Origin: Rhynchobatus australiae
Taxonomy: Eukaryota
Assembly (NCBI GenBank): GCA_034780895.1
Contig: JAUZTB010000001.1
Coordinates: forward strand, 64,872,976 to 64,936,975
Reading direction: 5' to 3'
Length of the DNA stretch: 64,000 nt
Shown here: in pieces, positions 50,601 to 64,000 of the stretch
How positions within the stretch are numbered: the first letter of the stretch is position 1
How the letters are laid out: each line of letters starts with the position of its first letter
Position numbers and translations under genes: made by a program
The notes under the pieces: model-generated
The model's input: the letters and a program-made list of their open reading frames with translations, nothing else
What the model was told of the DNA's origin: nothing
Database searches by the model: none

Positions 50601-51929
50601 GATACTTTGCTCTGTCCAGCAGAAAGTATCTTCAAGGGGAGAGCAGTGTGGAGCACTTAACAACACATATTTTCACCTGTCATTCCCTGATCTGACTATT
50701 CCTCCTGTTGTTCACCCCAGATATTATGTGTGTAGTTGACGCAGTGTGTTAGATGCAGTAATTCTGTTAATGTGGCAGGATAAGCATCAGAGTTACAAGA
50801 GGATTGGCATCATCATGTGGCTCCTCCGGTTACTTCTGGACAGTGTACAAGACATGCGAAACTGTGCAATCTAATTGGACAAGTGGTGCAAGGTGGGCTA
50901 GTATGCTGTGAGGATAATTCATAATTGTAATTTTGACCACATCTATCACATGGGAAGAAACATCACCATGTAGTCCATTTTCTGGGGCAATTTAGGGTTA
51001 GAGTAGTTTATCAAATTCAATTTCTGTACAATTAACTTCTACCATTCCCTCATCATTAACAGATCCAATCCTCTTCTGGAGTGAGGCAGTGTGTGAAAAT
51101 TTCAACAAATATTCAAACTCAAAGGCCTGTGACTGCCAAACCATTGAACAGCTTTTGTCATGAAAAGGTGAATTTCCTGCAAAATCCACCTGCATCAGTG
51201 CCACTCACTCTGCTCTGTCGGAGTGAGTCAGATTGCATTGCTTCCATTGGAAAGGATGAGGGCACACTTTCAAAGGATAACAGAGGATAGATTATAGTAG
51301 GTTTAATAGTCAGACTGAAAGACAGTGGACCAATCATTGTGTAGGGGTCTATTGCTGAAATAGGAGCTACCCCAGAGAGTCACAGAGATTATTTCACTCT
51401 TAACTCTGCAATTAATAAACTGAAAGTTATCCCTTTGGAATCTAATTATCAGGGTTCTTCCACATGCAGTAAATGAAGCATCTATATCTACTAGAGTTAA
51501 TGTTTGAACTAATGAACAAAAACTCCAATATGTAGGTAGAGATCAAATCTTAATTTGCTTTCTGCTCTATCAAATGCAGATTTGTGTTTGATTGTTGCAA
51601 GCAAGGAACTGAAGAAGATTTATCAAAGAAGTTGTCGGGTATTAAGAGTTTAAATTACAGTGCGATAGATGCAGTAATTCTGTTAATGTGGCGGGGTAAC
51701 ATCAGAGTCACAAGAGGATTGGCACCAAGGTCCGTCCCAGAATCCACTTCCATCGCTGCTTGAGGGTGAGCCTCCTGTAAATTTACTGCCTCGTCCTGTG
51801 TCCTCAGTAGTTCCCGTTTAAGAATGTTGCCACTTAATGTCTTCTCCTGCTTCTTCAATGCTGAGACCAAATGGCAACCTTAGATCAATTCTTTTATCAG
51901 TATGTTGCCTTTATTTCACTGCAGTACAA

Positions 51930-52225
51930 TCAGGAGGATGCGGAAGCGCAGTACTGAGAATGCGCCACGATTGGACGTGCCATCTGTCAAATAAAATTTC
52001 ACACTAAGGACTTGCCAGGCTTCCTGTGTTAATGCACAAGGTGCCACGGCACTATTCAAATAGCAGCCAGTCTGTGGGCTTGTAACCATCCACAGAACAG
52101 CATTAACAAAAGACAAATTATCTGATAATTCATCTAAGTGCTGTACGTTGGATCTTGCTGTGTGAACATTTCAAAAGCTTTTCAGACTACACTGAGGTGA
52201 TAAAAGATATCCTGTGAATGCTCCT
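51930..52225 (+). mobile_element. Deu-domain SINE, decayed
   Basis: CAGTACTGAG..CCACGGCACTATTC..AATTATCTG..GGATCTTGCTGTGTG. Confidence 0.5.
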
Positions 52226-55200
52226 TTTTTTCATTCATTAGCTTTTCTGATCTTTGTTTTGCTCTTTTCTTTCTTTGGTTCAACCTTTTACTCTTCCTTT
52301 TCCATTTCCAGTCTTCCTTATTTCATTATTCATTAGGCAGCTAAGCTATATTTTTGTACAACAAAGTCTGCTTTTGGATTATTAGAACCTTTGTTTCCTG
52401 CTAATCACCCTCCATTTAGAACTTTATGTACTGTGTTTGATGTGTTGGAATGTCTTTATCAAAACAAGCTATATTTAACACACTGTGTGCATTATTAATG
52501 TGCATTTGAGCAGGATGTGAGTATCATATTTGGCTGAAATCTGCACCAACAGGGTTGAGGGAGTNNNNNNNNNNNNNNNNNNNNNNNNNNNNNNNNNNNN
52601 NNNNNNNNNNNNNNNNNNNNNNNNNNNNNNNNNNNNNNNNNNNNNNNNNNNNNNNNNNNNNNNNNNNNNNNNNNNNNNNNNNNNNNNNNNNNNNNNNNNN
52701 NNNNNNNNNNNNNNNNNNNNNNTTCTTCATCTGCTTAAACATAGAAACTCAGTAATTGTTCTGTCAGGAGCTCCAGGCTAACTCTCTCAACCTGATAACT
52801 AGCAGTGTCCCAAGTCTTGTGGACTGTGGAACTGCCAGTAATAAATTAGCCATTTAATTTAATAAAACAATGTGAATAACAATAATTCAACACAGAGCAC
52901 AAGGGTGAAATATTAGATTTGGACCTATGCATCACTATATTAAAAAACAGTTGTGTGCATGTTGTATTTTCAAAAGAAAAAGATAGTTTTATCTCCTCTG
53001 CAGTATTTCAGGTAAAATTCAGATACTGTAGAACACGTTGATCAGTTTGAATGCCTATATTGACCTATTGAAACAATTCCATCTCTGCAAATAACTTCTT
53101 TATTAATGTCAAATGTTTCAACTTCCAATGCCAACAGCAGAATGCTCACATTACCCCACCTTGCGAATGAAAGTTTATAATGGCATGAGCTGAAAACTAC
53201 AATGGACAGATTTCAAAACACAAATTTATTCCATAAGGATTTTAGGGGAAGATGCCAAAAATCTAGTCTGGTGTGGGTTTTTTTGCCTTTGCACATAAGC
53301 CTGACTTCTGAACTTGATGCCTTGTTAAATTCCCACACCTAGTTTTTTTTTGTACAGCCTGCTGTTTGAAGTACAACAAATATGCATTTTCTTTTGAGAA
53401 GAATGGCATGCTGGTTTATTTATATTCAGTTACCAAATCATCAGGATTTTTCTGTTCACTGGTTTTATGACAGTGCGTATAACTGATGAACTGACATCTG
53501 TATGTCTCATTTTCCACTTTCCAGAAATAACATAGATGTTGTCTACTTGATTGAAATTTATTAGTTATTGGAATATACATTCATAGTAATCCTTCAAAAA
53601 GCAAAGGATAATCGCAAGGCATATCAACTTTCTACAGGAAGAAACATCTATTTAAAATCAAATCATTACCAAACTAAAGGTATTTTTTGGTAAATACAGG
53701 ACAGGCCATGATTTTACTTTATAAATCCAGAGCTGGGGGAAAGGGAAAAAGCACCAGAGGGAAGTTGGTAAGAGGGAAGAGTGCCAGGGGAGGAAGGGTC
53801 ATTCCTTGTGAATGCGAAGCCTCTGCTAAATTGACATGCCATGGTTAGAAAAGGTTATTGATTCAACCACCTATCCAGGGATAATCTACAGAGACAATTT
53901 TTTTAATGGAAATGAGGGAGTTGCATTTCAGAAGATGGGATCATCTGAAAAATGTTAAATCAAGACCCTGTCTCATAATTATATGGCCATAAAAAGGTTC
54001 AATGTGGCTTTTCCAAAAAGATGTCTCAGCTTGTCTCACAGCTAACTTTCCCCTTCAACTGGAGCTATTGATATAGATTGATTGCCTACTCATCTCATTT
54101 TCTCATTTTTGGAGTATCTGCTGGATGAACAAGTTGGCTGCTGCATTGCAAAATAACTTTAAAAGTGATGAATTGTGAAGACATAAAGATAGGAAGAACA
54201 TTACATAAATACAAATTCTTTTCTCAGAAGGAAAGGAATCACAATATTTTCTGATGTATAAATAAAAATAGACATAAACATGTCTGAGCATCACTAATTT
54301 TGAGTATTCGCTGTAAAGGTCAAGTGTCGCTCCACTTTTCCAAGGAGGCTCTTGATTTTAGTTTCTTCAACTTAACAAGCCTAAATAAGCTGAATGCTTA
54401 AGTTTTGGCAACTGTATGATAGCCCAAGCAGAACTGCCAGACATATACTTTATAGCATAAGTCTTTGGAATTAAGCTGCACAATATTCGCATATGGATAC
54501 CGAATGCAAATTTTGAAATGTGTGCTGGTTAATTTATAACATATGCAAGATCTCCAGTAGCATTCTTAACATAAGGTGGTGAAATTATTTTAAACTCTAT
54601 GTAAAATTATTTTAAAAATGCCACTAAATTATCGAAGAGATTTTATGTCAATAATTTAAACACTTGTTCATTTGTGTGACAAAATTTTGGAGCAGGTCTT
54701 GTTTGCTTGCTGTTGTTTCCTTTCACAGCCACCTAGAGTTTCCCCACACATGGGCTGGGTGCTGAAGACCCTCCATTCCCTGGAGTCTAGCAGTAAGATC
54801 TGCATGGGCAGATGGAACTTGGTGGGTGCTGTGGTGAGACCTTGCCCTGAAATGTTCCTGATGGTCTTCGACAGCAGACAAAGAGTTTTGCCAGCTGTAA
54901 AACTTGTTAATTATTTTTATAATTTTTAAGTGTCTTTAACTTTGGAATTGAAATAATTAATAAAATAACAATTAAAATGTTTAAAAGACAGAAAAATGAA
55001 GTTAATTAAAAACATAAAACTTTTATGAGTGTGTAAAAACATGAACCTAAATAATTTAAAAGGAATATTTCCCTTCCACACTCCCACCTAATCTTCTGCC
55101 CTCCAATCACCAGTGAAGTCAATGAGATCCTGTGCCAGGTCTAACTGAGTGCAGCATCTGAGTGGCTGTTCCCCAGAATAATTAACAGGAGGGACTCCCA

Positions 55201-56049
55201 GCAAGGTCCTGGTCAACCGCTGGCTCCACATTTCACTATGCAGGCATGGAAATGTGTGCGTCAACTTGTGATTGTTGGCACATTTGATTAGAACCCCTGC
55301 TGAAAAGATCACACAATATTTATGAAAATGTCTTTGAAGGCAGGAGATGTTAGTTAATCAAACCCCATCATTGGTCAACAAAACTGCAGCTGCTGGAAAT
55401 CTGAAATAGAAACAAAAATGCTGGAAACAGTATCGTGGGACTAGCTCAGGAAGGTAGCTTAGTCAGCATGGAGGAGTTGACCCATAGGGTCTTTTTCCAT
55501 GCTGTATAACTCAATGACTCCNNNNNNNNNNNNNNNNNNNNNNNNNNNNNNNNNNNNNNNNNNNNNNNNNNNNNNNNNNNNNNNNNNNNNNNNNNNNNNN
55601 NNNNNNNNNNNNNNNNNNNNNNNNNNNNNNNNNNNNNNNNNNNNNNNNNNNNNNNNNNNNNNNNNNNNNNNNNNNNNNNNNNNNNNNNNNNNNNNNNNNN
55701 NNNNNNNNNNNNNNNNNNNNNNNNNNNNNNNNNNNNNNNNNNNNNNNNNNNNNNNNNNNNNNNNNNNNNNNNNNNNNNNNNNNNNNNNNNNNNNNNNNNN
55801 NNNNNNNNNNNNNNNNNNNNNNNCTATTATGGAGCCTTGGTAGACGGTAAACACACAACACATGTAGTACATGTGGGACCTCGACCCTAGTCACTGAATT
55901 ATTTACAGGAACAAAGCCGGCAACCTGGTCTTTTGAAATAGAGGAGAAAGAATGTCAAGGTTTTGCTCTTTGTTAGGAAATTTAGCTGGTGCTTGCACAT
56001 ATGTTATACATAAAACAGCATGCATTTTGTGATTCACAGCATGTCATTG

Positions 56050-56372
56050 GATATGGGTGAGTGGTAGAATCTAGGAAGGAATTGATGAAAAGGTAAGGAG
56101 AATTTTAAAAAATAAGTTTAGGGTAGGATTCATGTAAATTGGATGGTTGATATTCAGAAAGACACAAGACATAAGATACTGGAATCTGGAGCAACAAACT
56201 ACTGGAGGAACACAGTGGGCCTACCTAAAACATCGACAATTCCTTTCCCCACACAGTTGCTGCCTGACCTGCTGAGTTTCTCCAGCAGATTGTCGGTTGC
56301 TGTTAGTTGATATTCAGTGTGGACTCAATGGGCCAAAGCACCTTTTTCTGTGCTGTATCTATTAATGACTCT
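56050..56372 (+). mobile_element. V-SINE 3' part interrupted by a fold-back Penelope-like fragment (56160-56302)
   Basis: GGTGAGTGGTAGAATCT..GGTTGATATTCAG [insert] GTTGATATTCAGTGTGGACTCAATGGGCC; the duplicated GTTGATATTCAG looks like a target-site duplication. Confidence 0.6.
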
Positions 56373-58096
56373 GAGACACTGTATTTAACTTGGACAATAC
56401 TGGTGCCTTAGTTATTGTGGTGGTTTCTCAGTGTGGAGGCATTGGAGACTGAAACNNNNNNNNNNNNNNNNNNNNNNNNNNNNNNNNNNNNNNNNNNNNN
56501 NNNNNNNNNNNNNNNNNNNNNNNNNNNNNNNNNNNNNNNNNNNNNNNNNNNNNNNNNNNNNNNNNNNNNNNNNNNNNNNNNNNNNNNNNNNNNNNNNNNN
56601 NNNNNNNNNNNNNNNNNNNNNNNNNNNNNNNNNNNNNNNNNNNNNNNNNNNNNNNNNNNNNNNNNNNNNNNNNNNNNNNNNNNNNNNNNNNNNNNNNNNN
56701 NNNNNNNNNNNNNNNNNNNNNNNNNNNNNNNNNNNNNNNNNNNNNNNNNNNNNNNNNNNNNNNNNNNNNNNNNNNNNNNNNNNNNNNNNNNNNNNNNNNN
56801 NNNNNNNNNNNNNNNNNNNNNNNNNNNNNNNNNNNNNNNNNNNNNNNNNNNNNNNNNNNNNNNNNNNNNNNNNNNNNNNNNNNNNNNNNNNNNNNNNNNN
56901 NNNNNNNNNNNNNNNNNNNNNNNNNNNNNNNNCTATTAATACCCAAATGTACTTTTATTTCCCCTTTTTTACCCTGTTACACAGAAATGTAATACATTTT
57001 CTAGTGAACCCAATGAGCTTAAAAAGAGCAGAAAATATACAAGCACTCCAGATCCTGGCTCCAGTCGCAAATCTCTCCAGGTTCTTGACCCCTGGTGTTC
57101 CGGACCCCAACCCGAGCTCTGGCCACACACCTCACTCACACTGTGGACTAACGAATGAGCTAGAAGCCAAACTATCAGGGCTTCTGAACAATCAGATGCC
57201 AAAGTATCAGACTTTTCCTGTAGTTATTGTCAGCTCAAGTTGCTTCAAGGGCAAGCCACCTTTTTTTTAATAAATACAACTCCAACAGAACCTTCCTTAC
57301 CACATATTCAGAAAATCAAGTATCAGCTGACATCCAAATGTGAGAATCAACACGACATGCAGTAGTCGTATCCCACCCTTCCATTGGTTCTGATACCACA
57401 GGGAGCTGAGGATAGAGATATTACTTGGCAGGCTAGAAGAGTTATAGGGAAAGTTTTGTGCAAGAGTAAGCTGGAATGTGGGTTATGAAAAATCATCTTA
57501 CCAAATTTGAAAGGAATTGAGCTTAGTACAAGAACAAACTGTGGTGTATAAAGATTTCTCATCTGCAATGAAGCCCATTCTCTACTTTAGTAATAATTGC
57601 CTAACTAATGAGCTTGCCGGTTTTGATCTTTCAATAGGATGTGGGATGTTGAGGGTAGAACAGAGGGAAATCAATGGATGCATTTTTAATTTTTATTAAA
57701 GTCCACTCCTGTTCATCTGCCCATGTAGAGCAAAGTAATCTCACACTTTAGAGGAGCTCCCGGTTAAGAATGAAGTGTCTTGCAGAAATCCAACTTTCTG
57801 CAAATTCTCCCATACATTTTTCAAGTTAATGATAATAAAATGTTTTATGGTATTTGTTAATGTCTGGATATAGTATGTATTCCAATAGTTTAATTATGGG
57901 TAGGGTTTGGGTAATTATTCAATGAAATGACAGAGTTATTGCAGTTTTATGTAGAGTGATGCAATATGAGTTATTAGAGAAACAGATGCTTCTGACTTCC
58001 AGAGAAATTGGCTTATGGACATTTCTCAGGAACAGAACCTTTGTGTAACCAGGGGGACAGCCTGTATTTTAAAAAAAGCTGGAAATAGATGGACTA

Positions 58097-58402
58097 TGTC
58101 ACAATGTTGAGCAAGAAGCAAGCTCACAGAGAACACAAATGCAGCACACCGATACAAGACTGGAGTCAGGATACTTCCTCAGGACAAAACACAGGCAGCA
58201 ACTGGAAGGAATNNNNNNNNNNNNNNNNNNNNNNNNNNNNNNNNNNNNNNNNNNNNNNNNNNNNNNNNNNNNNNNNNNNNNNNNNNNNNNNNNNNNNNNN
58301 NNNNNNNNNNNNATTATACAATCAGTCCAGCATGGAATCCATGTGCTGGACAACAAGGCATCAAAGGAGCCAAATTGAGGGCCAGAACCCAGAACCATGA
58401 CA
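58097..58402 (+). mobile_element. Solo-LTR-like element with an internal gap
   Basis: TGTCA..TGACA ends flanked by GACTA/GACTG (candidate 5-bp TSD, one mismatch). Confidence 0.65.
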
Positions 58403-60659
58403 GACTGAGGCTATTGAATTTAACACCAGAACTTCTTTAAATAGGAAGTTTCTGACTGCTGCCAGCCACAATGTAACTCATCTGATGGGTGGACCTGTGG
58501 CAACAGAGGGTGGGTTGTTGTTGTTGTGATTTTCAGAAAGGGGCTCACAGATTTACTTTGCTAAGCCTGGGGAAAATAGCATGTGAAAGTGTTTCTCTGC
58601 CCCACTTGGCCCTTTGTGTTGCCAGTCTTCCCAAGGCCTATGAAATTCAATCCTGAGCAACTAAAACTGTTTTGTGAATCAACCTGACTCCATTAAAGAC
58701 AAAGTTGGTGGGTGAGAGATGCCTTCCCTCCCTCCCATCTCCTCCTCATTGCCACCTTCTCTCCCTCCCCTCTCCTCCACACATCTAATATCTCCTGGTT
58801 CTAGATTAACCCACAATGCCACCAGGAGGAATATTACAGCCCTAATCAGATGATGGATGCCACAGCTATCAGCAAGTTAGGAAGTACTGACCAGGCCTTT
58901 CTACAATGACATTCAATATCAATATTTCACATGGTTTGAAATATTTACTTAATTACAGACACAGATGTAACCTTGTTCCAAAATTAAATGCTGATGCAAC
59001 TGGTAAATAGAAAAGTGAACATCTGGTTGCAAAGGGGGATCTATCAAAATCCATTGCTTGGAGCATGAATATTCAACAATCATTGTGGCTAGTGAGATTA
59101 CCAAAAAGATACTCAATAAGGCCGCGTATAATAAGAGAATGGATTTTGCTTGCCAAACCTGTTGCCCTCATATCAAGGAAATTGTCAAAGTTTAAAGGAA
59201 GCTGTGTGCTGTGTTGATCTCTGTTTATTCACAGGCTTGATGGTGCACAAGGCCCTAACCAGTGCCCAATGCACCTTGGAGTCAGAGCGTCCAGCTCCCT
59301 TGAAGGCTTTGCATCACCCTGTAAATGATTGAGCACACATCACAAAATTCATTCACGCTGTTTATTACACATTGTACCCTCCTAAAGTGTTACTTGTCAA
59401 AGGAAAGCAACATTTAGAGATTTGCAAGATTTGTCAGTGCCCTATCCTGAGTATATGTTAACAAGTCTGGAAACAGGAAGTGACATGATCTTATTCACTA
59501 GGAGGTTTAAATGAGCTGAAGCCAAAAAGAGAGAAGAGGTTAAATATTGAAATGCCAAAAACTCGCTGTGCAGATCCAACCTTAAAAGTGCATCTGTTGT
59601 ATTTTTAGAGATTGATGATGAAAAATAGATTTCCACAGGGAGCCAAAACTTGATGGAAGTCTGTAAAGAAAAATGTCAGAATTCATCCTGACCTGATATC
59701 AAGGAGACCTTTCTTTGATGTAAGCGAAGGAATGTTATTACCTCAAAGAAGCATTACAGCTGAATCGCTTCTCAATAAAACATTAATGTGGTTCTGAACA
59801 AGACAGAGCATTTAGTTTACCACTTATTAGCTTCAACTTAAATTTTAAAAAATGGCCAGACTTTTCCCTACAGTCTTTGAGCAAAATTAAATTGAATGGA
59901 CACAGTCATATTCTCAGTGGAGTTCCATCCGCAGCACACAGCTCCCTTTAAACTTTGGCATGATTGGCATTGATTCAGTAATCACATAAAGATAGCATAA
60001 GGAATGTCAACATGGGAAATGAAAGCATCTTACTGAATATTCTTTTGGGCCCTTTCCCAAGCCTATAGCCTGTGCTCTAAATTGTAATACCATCTATTCT
60101 CATTCTGAACTGCTATTGCAATCTATAGAAAATTCTGAACTGTTCCATTTTTCTAGATGTGTACCTCTCTATAAATATATAATTGTTTTTATGAATTTAC
60201 TCGTGTTAAAGAAGAACAAAAACACTTAAAGTATCAGTAGGTTTCAAAGGCAAAACATTTTATGAGTGCTTTCCTGTAATTGTATCACTGTCCGTTGAGT
60301 ATCAGAAGCGGGATCTTCCCGAAAGCCCTTTGAGGTTTCCACATACAGCTGTAGATCTTCCATAGAAGCTCCTGTACAATCTTTAGTAGGTCCCTGGCAA
60401 TGTTACAGATATCTCTTACTCCAGGAATGGCTAAATATTCAATCCGATGGGTCAACGGACCGGATGCACAAAGTTTATTGTTCCCATTCTATATATCAGG
60501 CAGCTAGTACATTAGCTCTGAGAGTTCTGCTTAAGGAGTTTCCCACCAGTGTGGTTACACTTCTCTGAATATCCCTTCCAAAATCCTTCATTAGTGAAAT
60601 TCAAAGCAGTATAGAGCATATTGTAGGATACAAATGAAGAGACTGTTGGATCTGCAGAG

Positions 60660-61248
60660 CAATGATAGAGTTCTCACCTTCTACCCCATCAGCCTCTGCA
60701 TTCAATGGATCCTTTGCAGTTTCCACAACTGGACACAAGGGAAGATGTATCCCTCCCCTGCTCTTTCAGCATTCCAAAGGGACTGTTCCCTTTGTGATCC
60801 TTGGTTCCCTCTCCCATCCCCATCAGCCACTCCCCATCCTAGACCACTAATTTGCCAATCACTCCCCTTCTTTTCCATGCAACCATAGGAGGTGCAACAC
60901 CTGTCCCTTCACCTCTTTTCTTCCCACCATCCAGGGACCCAAACAGGTTTTCCAGGTAAGGCAGTGATTTACTTGAGCTTCTTCCAATCTAGTGTACCAC
61001 ACTCAGTGTTCATAATGTGGTCTCCTCTGCGCTGGAGAAACCAAACACAGATCGGCTGACTGCTTTGCAAAGCACCTACATTCAGTCTAACCCTGAGCTT
61101 CACATTTACTTATATTCTCTCCTTCCCAGTTTTGATGAAAGATCAAAACCTTAACTCTGTTTCTCTCTCTGTGGATGCTGCCTGACCGGCTAAGTGCTTC
61201 CAGTATTTGCTCTCCTTATTTCAAACTTCCAGCATCTTCAGTTTTACT
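60660..61248 (+). mobile_element. Penelope-like retroelement 3' part (GIY-YIG endonuclease remnant and terminus)
   Basis: TIQGPKQVFQVRQ*FT*ASSNLVYHTQCS*CGLLCAGETKHR..FAKHL is a decayed GIY-YIG region, followed by the same terminal sequence as the short copies. Confidence 0.8.
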
Positions 61249-61949
61249 GATTTACTTAAAATTTCACCAGGGTTCCTATTGTTGTCTAGTAAAACCTTCC
61301 TATTCTGTTAATTCTAATAATGACAACACGTGAAGGAATTGTGGACTTCATTGTTACGAAGAATGGGATCTCCTTAATCCCTGCCACTTCCCTCTCTTGT
61401 CCAGCCTGCTATGCCAAACTCCTTATTTCCCCAGGATAATCACTAAAGGCTTCATTATAGCCATGATCAAGCCCTACCACACCTTTCCAGGTGGTAATTG
61501 TAGACTCTTCTAAAACATAAATAATAATTTTCTGATGCTGATTGAAATCGAAGTGCACTGAAATGCAACACATGGGTTCATGTACCACAGGTGAGTTGAA
61601 CTCGCATCTTTCTCCATTTCCTCTCCCATCTCACCTCATTTGTACCTCAAATTCACCTTGTCCATGAAACCCATCCCCTGCTACCTGGATGCTAATTTCA
61701 CTATATTACTGACCACCAAGCTTCCCTGCTTTGCCCCATTACCCTCAATTTGTTCACAATTTTCTCCCCTCAGGCACTGTCCCCTCTCCTTCAAATCTGT
61801 TGCTATCACCCTCTGTTGCAGAAAACTTTTGGCCCTTGGTCCTTGTATACTGCTATCACATCCCTAAACTCGCTTTCCTCTCCAAAACCCTCAATCATGT
61901 GGGGTCTTCTAACTTTGGGTCTTTTTTCTGCAACATCATCAATAACACA

Positions 61950-62277
61950 TTGGTGCAGCTACAAGAGCTGCTGCTTCACAGTTCCAGCGACCTGGGATCA
62001 ACACCAACTTTGGAAATTCTGTGTGGAGTTTGCACATGCTCCCTGTGACAGCATGGGTTTCCTCAAGGTGCTCCGTTTTCTTTACCCACATCCCAAAGAC
62101 GTGCGGGTTGGTAGGTTAGTTAGCCACTGTAAATTGTCCCCTTGTTTAGGTGAGTGGTAGTATCTGAGGCGAGTTGGTGGGAATGTGGGGAAGATAGTGT
62201 AAGAAGGTGCTTGATAGTCAACACATACTCAGTGGTCTGAAGGGCCAGTATCCGTACTCTCTATCACCCTATGACTC
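61950..62277 (+). mobile_element. V-SINE/HE1-like SINE, near full length
   Basis: tRNA-like head, TGTGTGGAGTTTGCACATGCTCCCTGTGAC..GGTGCTCCG..CCCAAAGACGTGCGGG, CR1-like tail. Confidence 0.85.
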
Positions 62278-62524
62278 ATCTTCCAATTTGAAACAGAGCC
62301 TGAACTTTTGTCCATTACACTGCCAATCCAATGGTGTAGCAGCTTGATGAGAGGAAAATGAGGCAGCATGACCTATCACAGGACTCTTGCTCTGAGCTCT
62401 GGTTTCCTTTGTCTAGCTGGGGAGATCAGAGGCACCCACCTAACACCCTTCTCATGTCAGTGAGGTCTGTGCGCTGAGAGGAGGGGGAACGCCCGCTGCA
62501 GTGCAGCTGCCTCCATCACTTGTC

Positions 62525-62830
62525 AAAAAAACTGCAGACCGCGGAAATCTGAAATAAAAACAGTGAATGCTGGAAATACTCCATAGGTCAGGTGGAGTTT
62601 GTGGAAAGAGAAAACAGAGTCAGCGTTTCTGGTTGAAGTCCCCTTGTCAGAACTGGAATGAGGAAAAAGTGGTTATCCAGTATCAGTTCAGTTTCTGCAT
62701 TGTAGAAGAGATCACACTGTGAACAGTGAATGTAGTGGCCGAGATTGGAAGAAGTGCAAGTAAGTTGCTGCTTCACCTGGAAAGACTGTTTGGGTCCCTG
62801 AATGGTGGGAAGGGAAGAGGTGAAAGGACA
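62525..62830 (-). mobile_element. Penelope-like fragment (GIY-YIG remnant and terminus)
   Basis: LTCTSSNLGHYIHCSQCDLFYNAET plus the terminal motif. Confidence 0.75.
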
Positions 62831-63519
62831 GGGTGTTGCTTCCCTGTGGGTCCATGGGAAAGTAGTTTAAGTAGGGGAGTGGTTGGCAAGTTAGCCATTG
62901 GTTGGCAAGTGGGCAGTTTGGCTGAAGCTAGGAGTTATTTTTGGATTCCAGAATAATTCTGGGAATAGTTTGAGCAGATCTTGGCAGTTTTAGCCTGAAG
63001 TTGTATGAAATTATGAGAGGCCACGAACAGCTGAACGGGAATAACCTACTTCTCGCAGCAGGGAGAGCAATAGCTGGGGGGGGGGCGGGTGGGCAAAGAT
63101 TTAGATTAATTGGTAGTAGGAGCAGAGGAAGGTTCATTTAACAAGTGGGGTTTGGAACTCACTGCCTGCAAGTGAGATGGAGGCAGACACTCTCACCATA
63201 TTTAGTACCTGGATAACCACCAATGGTCACAACCCACAGGGCTATGGACAAGGAAGTGGCATGTGGGATTAACATTCATTTTTGGCCGGCATGGACAAAT
63301 AGTCTCCTTCCGTGCCAGGTCTAGCTGTGAATGGCTAAACCAGTTTTCTGGTAAATCCTTTCAATCCCTGCATCTTTTGGATCCAAGGGTGTGAGGGTAC
63401 CAGGATGAGAGACAGCAATGGTTTTGATGGGGACAGGAATATTCCTATTCTTCATACTTCATTCAAAGAAACAGAGTCACTGAAAGTGACTACAAAATGT
63501 TTACTGTTGCCACTAAATC

Positions 63520-63890
63520 TTCTTTGGCATTCCCTTGGGATCGGGGATGACTTACTACCACTCCAGTTCCATGAAGCCAATGTGGGAACTGCAGGTCCTC
63601 CCACTGATGGAGCAGGAGGAAGTGGCTGATGGAGTGGTAGGTGGGTAGCTAGTCAATGATGCACCGCTTTGGCCACTTACACAGAGCCTCTGTGTGCTCC
63701 TGATGCATGGACTCGCGATTCTTGTTACCCTCCTGAATGTTCCTTCTCCACACAGAGTGGTCATGGGCGAAGCTTTCCCAGGAGTCAGTGAGGATGTTGC
63801 ATTTCTTCAAGGAAGCTTTGAGCATATCCTTGAATCTTTTCCTCTGTCCTCCCGGTAATCCCTTCCTGTGACTTGTTTCAGGAGTTTTAT
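63520..63890 (-). mobile_element. RTE-like LINE 3' end fragment
   Basis: Minus strand gives GRDYREDRGKDSRICSKLP, resembling an RTE C-terminus, plus a typical 3' region. Confidence 0.5.
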
Positions 63891-63904
63891 ATCACACGTG
63901 CGAG

Positions 63905-64000
63905 CAACAATTACAACATTTGCAAGACATTTGGACAGGTACTTGGATAGCAAAGGTTTAGAGGAATATGGGCCAAACACAGGTAAATGGGACTAGCTCA
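63905..64000 (+). mobile_element. CR1 3' tail fragment (runs off the window)
   Basis: ACATTTGGACAGGTACTTGGATAG..ATATGGGCCAAAC, homologous to 6200-6270. Confidence 0.7.

Overview
Eukaryotic DNA from a gapped draft assembly. The SINE/LINE/Penelope repertoire points to a cartilaginous fish, probably a ray or shark (inference). Two minus-strand bHLH genes lie in tandem about 16 kb apart. The first is twist2 (CDS 17904-18389, with a predicted 3'UTR intron). The second is a two-exon Fer2/HLH-13-type gene of the PTF1 family (exon 1 38068-38644, micro-exon 2 34525-34562, 204 aa); the ORF track misses the micro-exon, and this subfamily is absent from mammals. The twist2-Fer2 tandem mirrors the mammalian TWIST1-FERD3L pair, which suggests an ancestral Twist-Fer cluster with reciprocal loss. 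Both genes sit in a ~37 kb CpG-retaining domain flanked by CpG-depleted, repeat-rich DNA. The rest is decayed CR1, RTE, Rex1-like and L2 LINEs, three SINE families, solo-LTR-like elements, a Harbinger-like remnant and many Penelope-like termini with minimal hammerhead-ribozyme motifs. There is also an ancient Eulor-like palindrome and a few unexplained short duplications. Repeat boundaries are approximate and family names come from recalled consensus sequences, not a search.
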